Position numbers and translations under genes: made by a program
In this document: positions 13,926 to 27,075 of the stretch, one piece after another
Position numbering within the stretch: the first letter of the stretch is position 1
Layout: every line of letters begins with the position of its first letter
Assembly: GCA_013265495.1 (NCBI GenBank)
Contig: MU058337.1
Location: 3,254,686-3,318,685, forward strand
DNA length: 64,000 bases
Direction of reading: 5' to 3'
DNA from: Vicugna vicugna
Lineage: Eukaryota
Notes under the pieces: model-generated
What the model was told of the DNA's origin: nothing
The model's database searches: none
What the model saw: only the letters and a program-made list of their open reading frames with translations

Positions 13926-14298
13926 TGTTACAGAAAATGTCTCCTGAGTCAGAGCAGAAACATATTTTATTATTCACAGAAATCAGTTACTAAGAATCAT
14001 CATTTTTGCTCTAATTCCCTGAGCTCTAATCCCCATGAGGTGATGCAGAGGGGCCCAAATGACACCCACACACCATGCACTAGGAGAAAGCAGAGAACCC
14101 TGAGCTTAGGGAGCCCACATGTTTTATTATGAACAGTAGGTTTGCCTGGCTGTGGCTCAGAGAAAGAGCCCATCTCTATATTCCAGGGGTTGGACTATAC
14201 AGACAGCCCTGAAAAGATACTGTATACTAGGGCAGTCTGTGCCACCACTTATAAGGATGCAGAAATGTGGAAAATTTATAGAAAACAGTTCCCTGACA
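13926..14298 (-). mobile_element. ERVL solo LTR (MER54-like)
   Basis: TG...CA ends; gaaccctgagcttagggagccc, atctctatattccagg and cctgaaaagata blocks typical of MER54/MER74-group LTRs. Confidence 0.6.
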
Positions 14299-14514
14299 GC
14301 CTACTGAAAACTTCCCCAACTTTCCCAGGTGTCCAAAGTAAACATGCCAAAATGTGTCTGAGACCAGAGAATTCACTTGATATAATTCTGACTTGTTAAT
14401 TCCCTTTTCTTCTCACATAAATGATGTAATACTGCCCAACCCCGAACACACGGGCTGACTGGGAGTCAAACAATCATTATTAAAAAACAATAAAATTATA
14501 TGAAGAGGAATAAC

Positions 14515-14612
14515 ATATATATATAAATATATATAGCTGAATAACGATGCTGTACACCAGAAGTTAACACAACATTGTAAATCAACTATATTTCAATAAT
14601 AATTAAATAAAA
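14515..14612 (+). mobile_element. Short L1 3' end (cetartiodactyl type) with A-rich tail
   Basis: gctgtacaccagaagttaacacaacattgtaaatcaactatatttcaataa followed by an A-rich tail. Confidence 0.8.
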
Positions 14613-15164
14613 AGCTCAGTATTCTCTGCTAACAACTGAGAATCTTGTTCCTTACAAAATGCAGAGTGTGCCAGTAGCAGGAGTAAATGTATCACCAGTA
14701 AGGTCATTTTTTTCATGCCTTATAGTTTTATTGACTTATTTCCAAAATTTCAAATGTGCTTTCCTTTTCAGTTCACCTTGGTTAGTGTTAGAATTACTTT
14801 CTCTCTTGCTTTACTGAGATTTACTTTTGCGTTAATTCCAAAAATGTTCTTTAGACTTAATTTTGTGCATGCTTGCTCTACTGATCTGAATCACTTCCGT
14901 TTAAGCATTTCCCCCTCACCACTTGGGGGCTCCTAATTTGTATTATAAAGCTTCCCATTTGATGCTACCCAGCTAATAATGTACAGACTCATGTGTGCAC
15001 TGATTGACTTGGCTTTAAAATTAATTTGAAAATATTAATTTTGGAAACTTGTACTGGCTAATCCTCGCTTGGTTTTAAAAATAGATTTTTGAAAAGGATA
15101 TCCTAGATAATCATTTTTTGAGCATGGTAGTCATTAATCCCATTGTTAAGGACTCTTAACATTG

Positions 15165-15420
15165 TTAAGAATGTGGCTAGTATAATGAGCAACTAAATTT
15201 TTAACTTTATTTAACTTTAATTCATAAAACTTTAAATTTAAAAACAAATGGTCAATTTGGTTATTTCCAAACTTTTAAATATGTTTGGAATAATTGGTGT
15301 GTATGAATGTACTTTCCAACAGTAAATTTAAGCGAAGTACAGATCAAGCATTTCCAGTAAACACTGAGCATCCGAAATTAGATGTGATATAAGGGAGAAA
15401 TTCAAAACAGATTTTACAGG
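15165..15420. mobile_element. hAT-Charlie1-like fragment
   Basis: aatgtggctagt, atgtttggaataa, tacagatcaagcattt and tccgaaattagatgtg match the recalled Charlie1/MER33. Confidence 0.7.
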
Positions 15421-17329
15421 GAGATATTTTAAAATTACATGTAAGGTTTGCAATATATTAGACGGAGCTAGAAATTTTCAATGACTTATATTCCTCAAAC
15501 AACTGATAACTCTTTATGTCCATATTTTCCCATAAGATCTCTATATGACTGTGCAATGACCAGGTATCCAGTCACCTATGTTAAATGATTTTGTTAAAGT
15601 AATCATAACTATCTTTCAGTTTTATCTAATATTTCTTATATATCTTGGAAATAATTTCACTGGTGAGTGATTCAAAATATATGTTATTTAAACCAATCCA
15701 ATTTGATTAATCTGTGGTTTACCTGAACAGGATTCTTGCTAAGCCTCACACTGCCAGCTTGGTTAGTTATATTTAAATCTGTTTCTGCTCAGAAACATCA
15801 AAACTATTTCTATGTGGAAACCTGTAGCATTATGAAGCCACAGGACAGTGTTAAGTCCACAGCATTTTGGTGGCAGGTTTAACCTAATCCACTGATTCTA
15901 TTTTAAAAATATCAAAAGCAGGGAACCATTGGACATGTTATTTTCCCTCTGGAGAAAATTCTGCATTCTCTACCCAACTGGATAGCGTATCAGATTGAAT
16001 GAGAAGTACGCCAACACAAACGCAGCTGTTTCGAGATGGAAATGTTTACCACATAGAAACTCCAAACTGTATCCCATAATACGTTCAAGTCCACGCGGGG
16101 AGAAAAGCCTGGGGCACAGGCTGAGGGAACCAGACTCCATTTGCCCCTCACCCCGAATCCACTGCTTCTTCTTCCCTTGGTCTTCATTTCCTCTCTCACT
16201 GCAGTACCAAGAGGAACAGCTGATTGAAATCCAGGAATTCAAAAGCAGGAGATCAAGAGTGTGATGGCTCTGATTACCCTGCTCTGTGTGTGTGTCCTGT
16301 GCAGATGCATGAGGACAAACATCAGCACGAGGAAAAACAGAAAGTCAGAGCCAGTCCGTCCGTGCATACTTGCTTTTTCTCTTCACCGCCCTGCTCTGCC
16401 TTCTATCCATTTTGAAATTAATTTTAAACTGCTTTTCTACTAATACCTCTGTTCACTTCCCAGTTAGCTGTTAACTCCTGGGTTTGCCTTTTCTTTCTAT
16501 TGTGACTTCATTTACCTATATACTTAACACTTTATATGATTTACACATCTATGTTTCAATGATATGATCCACTAACTTTGGAACTATTTTATTCTTGAAT
16601 GTCTTCAATGAGTGCTGAACTCACTGCTATATTTATATGCAGAAATCTGATCGCTACTGAGTTGTATGGGGGAAAAAAATTTTTAAACTTTATTATCTGC
16701 TCTAATTAGTTGACATCGTCAAAATACAAGAGTTAATTTCTGATAGCCTTCAGATATTAAAGTTAAAATACCTCAGTCTTTGGTAGAGAATGCCAAGTTT
16801 AAAAATCTTAACTATTTTCTTTAATACATTGTGGATATTTGATGACTTAGAAAGTATTTTCTTTCTTCTATTTAATAGCCTAGAATTCTATTTTTCCTAT
16901 TCTAGCTTTAAATACACTTAAGTATGAAATACGCAGTGAGATGCCTTTAAATATCATTAATTCTCTGAAAGCTTTAAAATATCACTTACTTATTTAGACA
17001 TTGTTTCCCTTCATTTGTTCGAAATCTAATTCAAACCGGCAGTAAAAGTTGTGATTGAATATTGATTCTGCAAGCAGAATTAAAACTTGAATACATTCCA
17101 TTTAATTTTGATAATTAAAGTATAGACAATGAAATTATACAGAGCTCTCATTGTACCTCTAAGTAAACATATCAGCCAAATTAAAGGGAGGAAATAAAGG
17201 GATCACAGCTCTGAGCTTGAGGTGCCCTTGCATGCACATGCCATTTTATCCAGTAAAACAGTTGTTAAAGGTCTGGGGATGAACCAGATCACAGCCCATT
17301 CTCAAACTTCAGAAGCTTAAGAAGCTTTG

Positions 17330-17410
17330 CGTTTACTTCCATTTAGTCTTCGCGGTGATTTGTGAAGCAGGCATTATCATCCTCATGTTAAAAGTGATGA
17401 AGCCAACTTC
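17330..17410 (-). mobile_element. MIR fragment
   Basis: catttagtcttc...tgtgaagcaggcattatcatcctcat, degenerate MIR core. Confidence 0.45.
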
Positions 17411-17652
17411 CAATTGCAAGACAGTGCAACAAAGAATCTTCCGACCCCTTCTTCTCTTGCGAATATCCCCTAAACTGCACATAGAACAAGGATCAATATA
17501 CGATTTCTATCCTCAGGAAAAGATATCTTTCATCTAACCCATAATACAGGCAGAAGCCACGCAGAGGCACAACGACTGATGTAGTGAGGGGGAAGAAGCC
17601 GAGGTCCAAAACCAGAGAGGCCACAAAGGAGGGGCACCAGTTACTCTAGAAG

Positions 17653-17671
17653 TGACAGCAAGAGGGCGCTG
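17653..17671 (+). promoter_or_regulatory. CTCF-like motif
   Basis: TGACAGCAAGAGGGCGCTG versus consensus TGGCCACCAGGGGGCGCTA; AGRGGGCGC core intact and CpG retained. Confidence 0.5.
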
Positions 17672-18699
17672 CTCACTGAAATTCTCCATCAGGGACTGTG
17701 GGGTCATCAGAGCCGCCCTGGGCAGGCAGATCTTCACACCTTCACAGACGCCGGAAGAGTGATTTCTGAAGAAATGGGATGGGTCAGCACTCTGGGGAAC
17801 AGGCAGTGGGAGATGGAATTAGGGGAACCCTACCTTCTGAAGGGTGAAACCACCTACGGCCACCATGTGTTCTGAACACCAACTGCAAATTATTCCATGA
17901 AGATGCTTGGAAGCGCCTTATGTGAAGACATGGAAAGTCCCCAGAGGAACGCACTGCTGTCAGCTTGATTGCCATGCAGTTCTTAGAAAAGAAGAAGGCG
18001 ACAGAGAGCTGCTGGTTTTTTCCAGTTATTTTAATTGTATTGATTTTGGTATCTTTTGGCTTTTTCAAGTATGTCAATTTCCTATCTTGATAAAAATAAG
18101 TAATATAAAAACAAAAATGAGAATTACAGAGAATAAATAATGGCATGCAAATGGACCCATGGTGGGAAGCAGTGAAGTAGAGATAGAATCTCTACTCATA
18201 CCTGAGACGCCAAAGCTGAGGTTTTTCTAGCGTAAGAGGTTGGTGCCTGGACTCCGTTTTCTGTATGCACAAACAATAAGGAATAAAGAATAAAAAATTG
18301 GTAGATTAAGGATGCAAAATTCAAAAGCACATTTGGCATTTTCAAAGAATAACTTCACAACAAAAAATACATAACAACTTAAACACTTGACATTTCAGGA
18401 AATTATTGTCAATTTATCACTGAGCCTTAAAGAAAAATAATCGTTAGCTATTCTCACTGTGTGGAAGGCTAGGAAAGAGTTATCTATTATTGCCACAAAA
18501 TAGGCACAATATTTCAGCCAGCAAAGCTATTTAAAGGGTTTTTTTAATTATAATACTAGTGTTTTAAAAATCCATTTTAGTCTTTGTAGTTTTTTTTTTA
18601 ATTTTGATGACACAAAGTTGATATGACAACAACTTATACATTCAGAAGCACATAGTGATCATCTGAAATGAGATGGACACTGGGTAAGTCCATTTTTTT

Positions 18700-19520
18700 G
18701 TGTGTGGCAGACAGACATATAATCATAAAACAATGTTCAATTAAGGGGACATTTTGCCAAGCAGGGATCAAGGAATGGAGAATGCTAGAGATGGTGATAC
18801 AAGAACAGAAATGGAGAAGATGAGTTCATGCAAGTTCCTGAAGAAGTTAGGGAGTCAAGAGACATCAGGGTTCCCTGCGTCATGACACCTGGGCATAAGA
18901 GATCACAGTGCTTTCAAAGAACTTCACGTAATCCATTTTGGGTGAAACTTTGTGTTTTGGCGAAAAGGTGATCTCTGTGAAGTAGTCAGGGGCCAGATCA
19001 TAAAGACCTTTCTAGGGCAAGGTGAAAAATCAAGTCATTATGCTTCAGATAATGGATCCACTGAGAGTGTTTTTAAAATAAGAAAATAATTTTAAGAGAA
19101 AATAAATTTTATCCATTTGGAGAATAAATTAAGACTAGAAAACTGAAGTGGTGACATTGAAGAGAAAGGCTTAGATACATTTGAATGCTCTTTAGTCCAA
19201 TAGAATGTGATGACTGTGCAGATAAGGATGAGAGGGCCCTCAGGGGTCTGACAAAGGCAATCCTGTGCATCTTAGTGGCGTTCTCAGAGAAAGTAAATAC
19301 GGGATATCAAGTGAGGCTTTATGTCTAGTGTGCTGGTGGAATATATTTATGAGTTCACTTTTAGATATTTGTTCACCTATTCAAAAATACTGATTGGGCA
19401 CATTCTATATCCTAGGATATACTGAAATAGATGGATAAGTCCCTATATTTCAAGTGACTGTGAAATATCTCAATGAAGGTGGATGAAAATACACTTGGAA
19501 CACTAGCCTAGACAGAAGTA
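18700..19520 (-). mobile_element. L2 antisense remnants
   Basis: ggggccagatcataaagacctt, ccactgagagtgtttt, gagttcacttttagata; a second L2 3' end at about 19360-19440. Confidence 0.6.
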
Positions 19521-20594
19521 TTAAATTTTTATTTTAAACTACCACTTATAAATCATCAGGCTGGGATGAGTTTCTTGGAGAAAATATAACCATTAAGGCA
19601 AATATATGTTAGTTCAAGATTTTGGCTGATGAAGAAGAATAAATATGTATTGATGAGAAGGGTCGGAAAGTTGAACAGAACACTATGGGAGGGACATATT
19701 GAGCTGAAACATCTTGCGTTCCACAACAACAAATTTACCATTTCCATTGTATTAATAAAGCAAGTAAAAAAAAAACTCAGATGCATTTGAAACCTAATAC
19801 TCAAGCAGATTTTATGAAGTAGAGATAATAGTCACTCAGTATTTGATTTCTCACATACCAACTGTGTGCGAATGTTACATAGACTGAGCCTCACGTGGAG
19901 GCCCAAGTTTCATTTGAATAAAAATTCCAGTGAAACCATATGGGGAACATAAATTCCCATGCGGAACAAATCCAATATTTACTTACTAAAAGCTGTACAC
20001 ATACAAACTGTAATTATTTAAAGCCCCCTTCTTTCTCTTTCTCAAACAAGCGAGAAAACGGCATCGTTTGTACTTAAATCTTTTGTACCTCAAAAGTAAG
20101 GTGTTAGTGAGAGTCCCAACACATTGATTTATGTAAGTATGAAAAGTATTACACAGTCCAAAACAGAAAAAGTCACACGTAAATATATCCCTCAATCTCT
20201 GCGACCTCCATTTACGGCGACAGACGGCAGCACTTACTTCACAAAATGCAGAATAAACGTCTTTGAGTGTAAAACCGTCTCTATGCCTCAAGAGGCCAGG
20301 AATTAGATATGAGTGAAGATTTTGAAAACATAGGTCTTTTTTATGAAAGGATACTGACACTCTGTTTGCTCTCCAACCTCTTTGAACCCTGCACTTTGGT
20401 CAAAGACTGAGCTACTAACTCAGTCTTTAAAAGTCTGTTTAACTACGTGTAGAAAATCAACTTGAAATGATAATATTCATGAAAATGAACTATTAGACTA
20501 CAATCTGGCATGCAAAATGGAGTGTAAGTTTAAGATAATTTTACCCACATTAATTTTCCTCTGACCACAGGGCACAATTTCATGGACTCCTCGC

Positions 20595-20930
20595 AGAATG
20601 TAGGGGTCCAGTTCTATCTCCATCTCTTTCTAGGTGCTTGTCTTTGGATGTTGCTGAATTCTTAATTCTAGCATTGAAAAATGAACATACTTTGCTTGAT
20701 TCTTTTGTGGAACAACTGAGATTAAATACACGAAAATGTTCATAAATGAGAGGGAGTGAGAGAAAAATGGTAACCGGGATTATATGTAAGGTACCAGAAG
20801 TAGCAGCAGAAACAAGCGATTGCCTGGTATGATTTCCACATTTGAGATGAAAGCGGGAGAGGCAAGTCGTGTCATGTGACTTGCTTCAAATCATCCAGAG
20901 CTGAGATCAGAAACTGAATCTTACCCCTAT
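20595..20930. mobile_element. Two degenerate MIRs (+ about 20595-20745; - about 20830-20930)
   Basis: MIR-like blocks ttgtgga..actgagattaa and catttgagatgaaagcgggag..gtgacttgcttcaaatca. Confidence 0.45.
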
Positions 20931-20955
20931 TTCTCTAATTTTTCCATTTTCATCT

Positions 20956-21468
20956 GTGGATTCTTTCATAAGATACCACGATCCTGGAAGGAAGACTGGT
21001 ATTATGGCTCTTATAATTACACCTTTCAATAGAGCCCCTTACATCTTAGCTGGGCGCGCTGCTGCTCAGGTAAAGAAAGGACAGCTTTTTTTAGCTTCTC
21101 TTACGCATCTGTGCAGCCATGTGACAAACTCCTGGTAAAAGGGAGGACAAGCATATTGTGGAACTTGAGTAAAATTTCCAGAGGAAAAGTACAAGCAACC
21201 TTCTTAAGTTTTTCTTCCAGTCTGCTGCTTGGAATGTGGAGATACTGGCTGAGGTTCCGGAGCAACTCTGGATGAAGAGAATGAGATTGACACGCTGTCT
21301 TTGCCAGAGTATGGGGCTGTCACAGTGTCCCTGGGGACCATGGAGAAGCCATAGCAGACCTGGGTGCTACTCCTGGATTACTTTACTGGGAAAAAAAAAT
21401 TAAAATTTCATGTTCTTCAGTCTTTGGGACTTTTCATCTTTAATTGAGCTGAAACTTCTTTGACTCAT
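20956..21468 (+). mobile_element. ERVL-MaLR MLT1 (MLT1J/I-like) LTR
   Basis: gccatgtgacaaactcctgg, tgctgcttggaatgtgga and ctggctgaggttcc blocks typical of MLT1J. Confidence 0.7.
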
Positions 21469-21679
21469 TAAAAGAAGGGAGAAAATGGGTATTGGAATAG
21501 GCAATTAAAATTTTCTGACACATTAATTTAATGAGCTCCCTTATATATTCATTCATTCATCTATTAGAAATTAGCCAAACATTTATCAGAGATTCACTGA
21601 GTGTCCATCAGTCTGCTTGCCATTGTGAATCTCAAGCTGTGGACAGCCTTACAAGGTGGTGGACCCCAATAACTTCAAC

Positions 21680-21890
21680 CAGGGTAATTGCATGTGATCT
21701 GCAGACCGTTACCAGTCTGCAATGAAATGTGGTCAGAAATTGAGGGCTTGTTAATGTTTATAGTAGTTTGATAGAGTAATTTATGTCAGTTAAATCTTAC
21801 AACAAGTTGTCCAGGCTTGTATTTTACAATTTAAACTTTAACTTTTTACTATATTTTTCGTATATTTAACAAAAGTCCTGGTCAAAAAAA
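21680..21890. mobile_element. hAT-Charlie fragment (Charlie4a/MER119-like)
   Basis: gttaccagtctgcaatga..cagaaattgag..tttgatagagtaatttatgtc..ggcttgtatttt. Confidence 0.6.
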
Positions 21891-24800
21891 CCAGTGTGAA
21901 GATACGCTGATACGGGTCAGGCAGCAAAGATAGTGCTGAATAAGGATATATTTGATGGTGAGAGTCCTATTTAGACTTAGTGAGGTGCATGAAAAATCGC
22001 ATTTTGAAGATGTGTATAAGCTTTATTTGAATCCTTCATGTCAGATGGTTGACAGTAGAACACAGATCATGTTATAGTCTTTACTTCAAAAAGAGAAAAA
22101 TCATATTGACCTTGTTCTAAGTCAGTGGTGTTCTTCCCAACCAAATGTAAGTAAATCCTCGCGATTCAGCTACCTACACCTAAATGACTAATTTAATCAT
22201 TCTAGTCACAAAATGTAGACTGTGTACAAACAGTAAAAATGTGTTTTAAAAAAGCAATTACAAATAACAAATATGTAATAAAAAGTATTACCATTTTTTT
22301 TAAAAAAGGAATATTATGGATCCATTGCTCAGACATATCCTGTTGCACAGACAGCACAAAAATTTTTGCCTTCACGGTGGAGTGAGTTTCATGGTCAGTC
22401 AGTCAGGTTTGTCCTCAGGTCTGACTTCTGAGAGCACAGCCATGATTCTGACTTCTGTGTGTATAAGTGAGCAGATACGGGAACCAGAAGTTCACTTTGG
22501 TGGGTAGGTGACCACCTGCTGATTTATATGACATGGGGACCCTTCTCTTTAATGCCATATTTGATGGCTGATGGAATCAAAGGGCCAGTTGGCAAAGTCC
22601 GAAATCTTCCCCACTCTTGGCACATTGCAAAGGCCCTCTCCCTCGGCAGATGTGTCACTCGGCGGCAGGCTTTATCACTCAGCCTGCCCTGCTTCATCGG
22701 CTTCCATCCTGCCCTCTGCCCCTGAAAAGAGCATATGGCACAAAGGCTGCAGTAAACTACCAGGAATGGCCTTTTTGGTTTTTTTCAGTGAAGTTTTAGC
22801 CATTGTGGAGAAAGAGGTACCTGGGACATTTGTGGGGTCAAGCTTTCCAATTGTTTCTGTCTCCCCCCGCACTGAAATCTTTTTTTTTTTCTTGTAATTG
22901 TTGCTCGCACGTCTCTACTTGGGGCAGGGAACTTGACATATTTTTCTAAAGCTGCAAGGCACATTATTGTATTTTTAGATGTATTGATTGTATGTATAGT
23001 TTAGATACATGACCACTTGCCAAAAACGTTCCTGGAAATCTGGAAGTATTTTCTTTCTTTTCTTAATTCTGATGACCTGTTTGGGGTGAATGTTCATTTT
23101 TATAGGAACTTACTTAAAGCTAAATGTAGTAGGCAAAATACCTCAGTGTTCTAATTTTTTTTAACCCAGTTCTCTGAAGCTACAATTACGAAAGACCTTT
23201 TTTATGTGAGTCTTAGATACAACAGGTATTATCTTATCTACATTTTTTGTAGCAGGATTGACTCCTTAGTTTTCTCAGCTTTCAAGTCTTGCCAACTTTA
23301 TTTTCTGATAGGTCTTTGTCCTCAAAGACAGCAGATCTAGGCAGGGGCTGGAAGACAGAGGGTTAAAAAAGACCCCCTGAAAGAACCCTGAAGGACCAGC
23401 ATTAACCACCCCGATACTAATTAACTTTCTTGGAAAGATGATTTACTTCCGTAACGGTGAGTCATATACCCATCCCAGAGGTGGGCACGGTCAGGTCGAA
23501 TGCATGTTCTCAGCATGATGTAATGTGGGAAAGGGGATGGGATGGAATGCCAAAAATTGGCATATTTCCCAAACAGATGTTTCATTTCAACTCAAGAGAT
23601 ACTATTGAAACACAATGTAACTGAAAGTATTAGAAACACTCAGCATTTATTAAAATTATGCCATTTATAAACTATCATTTTTGTTTTAGTATGCATTTTT
23701 ACATATTTTTCTCATAATATTGAGTAATATATGGGAAAAATGAATTTCAAATTTAACATCTTCAAAATTTTTTTTCTCGGAAGCTTTGGCATGGAGGACA
23801 TAACCAGGAAAGTAGCCACAGGAAGAATTGAGAGCAGCTCTTTGGCAAAAGGTCTTAGGTCATGCTCCATCCTGACAACCCCAAAGCCAAAAATTGTTAG
23901 CTTATGTTAATTCATTGCTGTATCACTAGAAAAACTAAAAAATACACAAAAATTGTTTTACCTGAGAATGAGAAGAGATATATTTCTTGCATTTTAATTG
24001 TTTATATTGTTTATTTTTTTTCGTAGGAACCCAAGCGATGTAATGAGCAAATCTGAGTAGTAATTAAGCATGCTGCCTACCTAGACATTCAGACATGGGA
24101 TAAGGCTGTGAAGAGGGAGTTAAAAAGAGGGAGCTGTGCCGCCATGGACTGGGTGTTTGGGATGTGTGCTGGATGTCACGGAAATAAAAATTCTCCCATT
24201 TTTCAGTACAGCCACTGGCTGGCTCTGGCAAGTGGCGTGCAGTGTCCCGTGGGCATATTAACTGGCAAAGCTGAAGCCTAGCTTTGTACCCTGCACTCAC
24301 ACACGACGTTAATGAACAGGGATGAGTGAGCCTAGTAAGTGTTGTTGTTTTTTTTATCCCCCTGGCAAACATCAGCTCTTTGTTAAATGTTTGGAAATAG
24401 CAAACCCTTGATTAAAGACCACGAACATTCACCCTCCTAATGTTTAAACCCCTGCATATTGTAATATGGAATTAATGCATCATTTCTGATTCATTTACCC
24501 TTATCTCATCACAATGTTATAATAACAGTGCTGTTTTATGGGCCAAATTGCTGTTCAGCTTTTAAATTAGGCATTTAAAAAATCCAAAAATAACATTTCA
24601 CCAGGTGTAAAAACAACTTGAAATCTGCGTGGTCCAAGCCAGTTGAAAACACGGATCTCATGATTTCTCGTGGGCTACGTACCACACATTCCTCTGTAAC
24701 GACGGGACATAATCCTGCCAATCAAGCCAGCGATCCTTCTCCGGCTCTTACCTCCACACCTGGTGTAATGCCCATGTACACTACGGCCTCATTATCGTAA

Positions 24801-25279
24801 ACATTCGGCTATTCAAATTGTAAATCTTTACCCAAATTTTCCCCATAGATAAATTACTGTCTGGGATGTTGGTCTCCTTGGACCATCCATAAAATACTTC
24901 AGTGATTTGTGATACATTTAGTAAAATAATTCACTCCAAGATACACTCTGGAAAATGACACACCTTAGCTACTATTGGGCAGTTTTATATATACTAGCGG
25001 ATGTAGGAAATGATTCTGCTCTTCAAAAAAGTTCTCAATTAAATGCCAAAAACCACTGATTTTCTATCTTTCCAATGATTGATAGGAGACCTAAAGCATT
25101 TAATGAATGTCATTAAAAATATATTAACATGGGGTAAATTATGTGGTAGAAAGAGAAATTTTGAATTGGTCCCAAATGATGTTACTATCACTCTATATAG
25201 ATTAAAATGTCTTGGAACGTATAGGAAAGACGTACAGGTAAAGGAAAGGCCATCACAAGTAGCAAGAACTGTTACTAGT

Positions 25280-25640
25280 TCACTCATTCACTATCCACGC
25301 ATCATTCATTCATACTAGGCAGTCAAGAAGCATTTATCGATTGCCTACTGTGTGTTTGTCCATGTGCTTTACAACAGAAATACTACCCATGCTCTGGTCA
25401 GGGAGACACACATAAAAGCAATACGTTATAACAAGTTGTGAGAGGATTTAGGACACATGTATTAAGTTGTGAGGAAACAATAAGAACTGAATGGGTCAAA
25501 AATGTTTTTATAAAAAGGTGACTTTTTGCTGAAACTGGTGCAATTTTAGCAGATTCCCAGCAAGGATAGGTGAAAAGGGGATTCCACAAAGGGATTAACA
25601 CCTGCAGGAGCTTCGCAGGTGACACACACTGGAAGTGCAG
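25280..25640 (-). mobile_element. L2 3' end
   Basis: cattcattca tail, then gcatttatcgattgcctactgtgtg, the typical reverse L2 end. Confidence 0.65.
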
Positions 25641-26640
25641 GCATGCGAGTTCCTGGATGAGTCCATCAGTGTCTAAGTCCATGAAATGAACTCCCTTGCT
25701 CTGTGTCTGCGATTTTGTCCAAGCTATTGCAATATGGAGAATTTTATATGATGGAACCAGTCAAAGACGAGGGAGAAAACTTGGGATTTTATAAAACAAA
25801 AAAGTCATTGAGGAAGGGTGGAGGTGGGGAGGGAGGATGCTGTGCGGTTAGCCCAGGAACACAAAGCAGTGGGGAGCTTTGTTCCCTTTGCTGTTGTCCC
25901 AGAGCACTGGGCTCAGACCAGTTCACCATCATCAGTCCCTAAGACTCTGAGATATTGATCTAAGTTAGTAACATTACAAGAGACAAATGTCAGATGACCT
26001 GCAGATATATAAAAAATCCTTGTCCAGGAAAATAAAAGCAGTGATTAAAAACAAATAAAACCAAAAGAACAACAGATCTGGAGACAGAAAATTCTGTTTT
26101 ATCATTTTTAAAGTCTTGACTGCAAAATAAAATTCATATGTACATACAACCGTGCATTAGTATGAAAGCAAGTGATACAAGCTTTATGGACTATTATGAT
26201 GCTTATTAATTTCACATTTATCAAAATTATTTCAGAATTATATACAGACTTTATCATGCAGGCAAGGAAATGAAGAAATTTTAGTGTTTTAAACAGTGCA
26301 TGAACTCAGGAGTGAAACAATATATGTGGTATGATAAAAAAAACTTTAACTTTCAATACTAAGAAGAACTGTTTAAGAAATACATATTCACCAATAAATG
26401 AAGAAATGTTGATATTTAAACAAATCTTTGGGATATACACACTTACATATTTTTTTTAAATTATGACTTAGATATAGAATATTACACATACCTTCTAAAA
26501 TGTAAATATAGCTTTAATTTTCTGTTCCACTTATCTCAGAATGGCCGATGGTACACATTTAGAAGAGGATCTCTAGCAACGTTATGTGTCTGCATGAATT
26601 CATGGATGCATAGATAGAAAGACAGATGACACATACACAC

Positions 26641-26920
26641 TGTGAGACTAGCAACTTCACCTGCCATCTGCTTCTACATGGGTTAAGGCATCAGCCACCG
26701 CAGTCGCTGACCCACAGTTACCCCCTGACGGAGGATTCAGGGTGAAGAAAAGGACGAGGCACCCGGTGCTTTGGGAACACAGGCCCTTAGATAGTTAGAT
26801 GTCTTTAACAGAAATGTTTTGTGAACCCAGATTTTTGCATCAACCCATACTCAGAAAAGCATTAAAATCATTAACTGAGATATCTACTCCTTGTGACTAG
26901 CGGTGACCTTCAGCTGAGGT
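26641..26920 (+). mobile_element. Partial ERV1-class LTR
   Basis: Starts TG; ggcccttagatagttag, gaacccagatttttgcatc and cccatactcagaaaagcattaaa resemble a laurasiatherian ERV1 LTR; 3' end and TSD not found. Confidence 0.55.
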
Positions 26921-27035
26921 ACCCGCTGCTTGTCTCCCAGCCCTCGCTTTTTGAGTTATTTTTTCTCTAGTCCACAATACATGCCTACATATATATTTAG
27001 AGACAGATGTGTATGTAAGTTTGAGTGTGTTTATG

Positions 27036-27036
<1 letters not shown>

Positions 27037-27075
<39 letters not shown>
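27037..27075. repeat. Compound (GT)n(AT)n microsatellite
   Basis: Direct read. Confidence 0.95.

Noticed and set aside
23955..23990. Minus-strand pyrimidine tract with CAG|GTAAAA, like a recursive splice site
   Set aside because: Donor half is weak and there is no evidence of a minus-strand host intron
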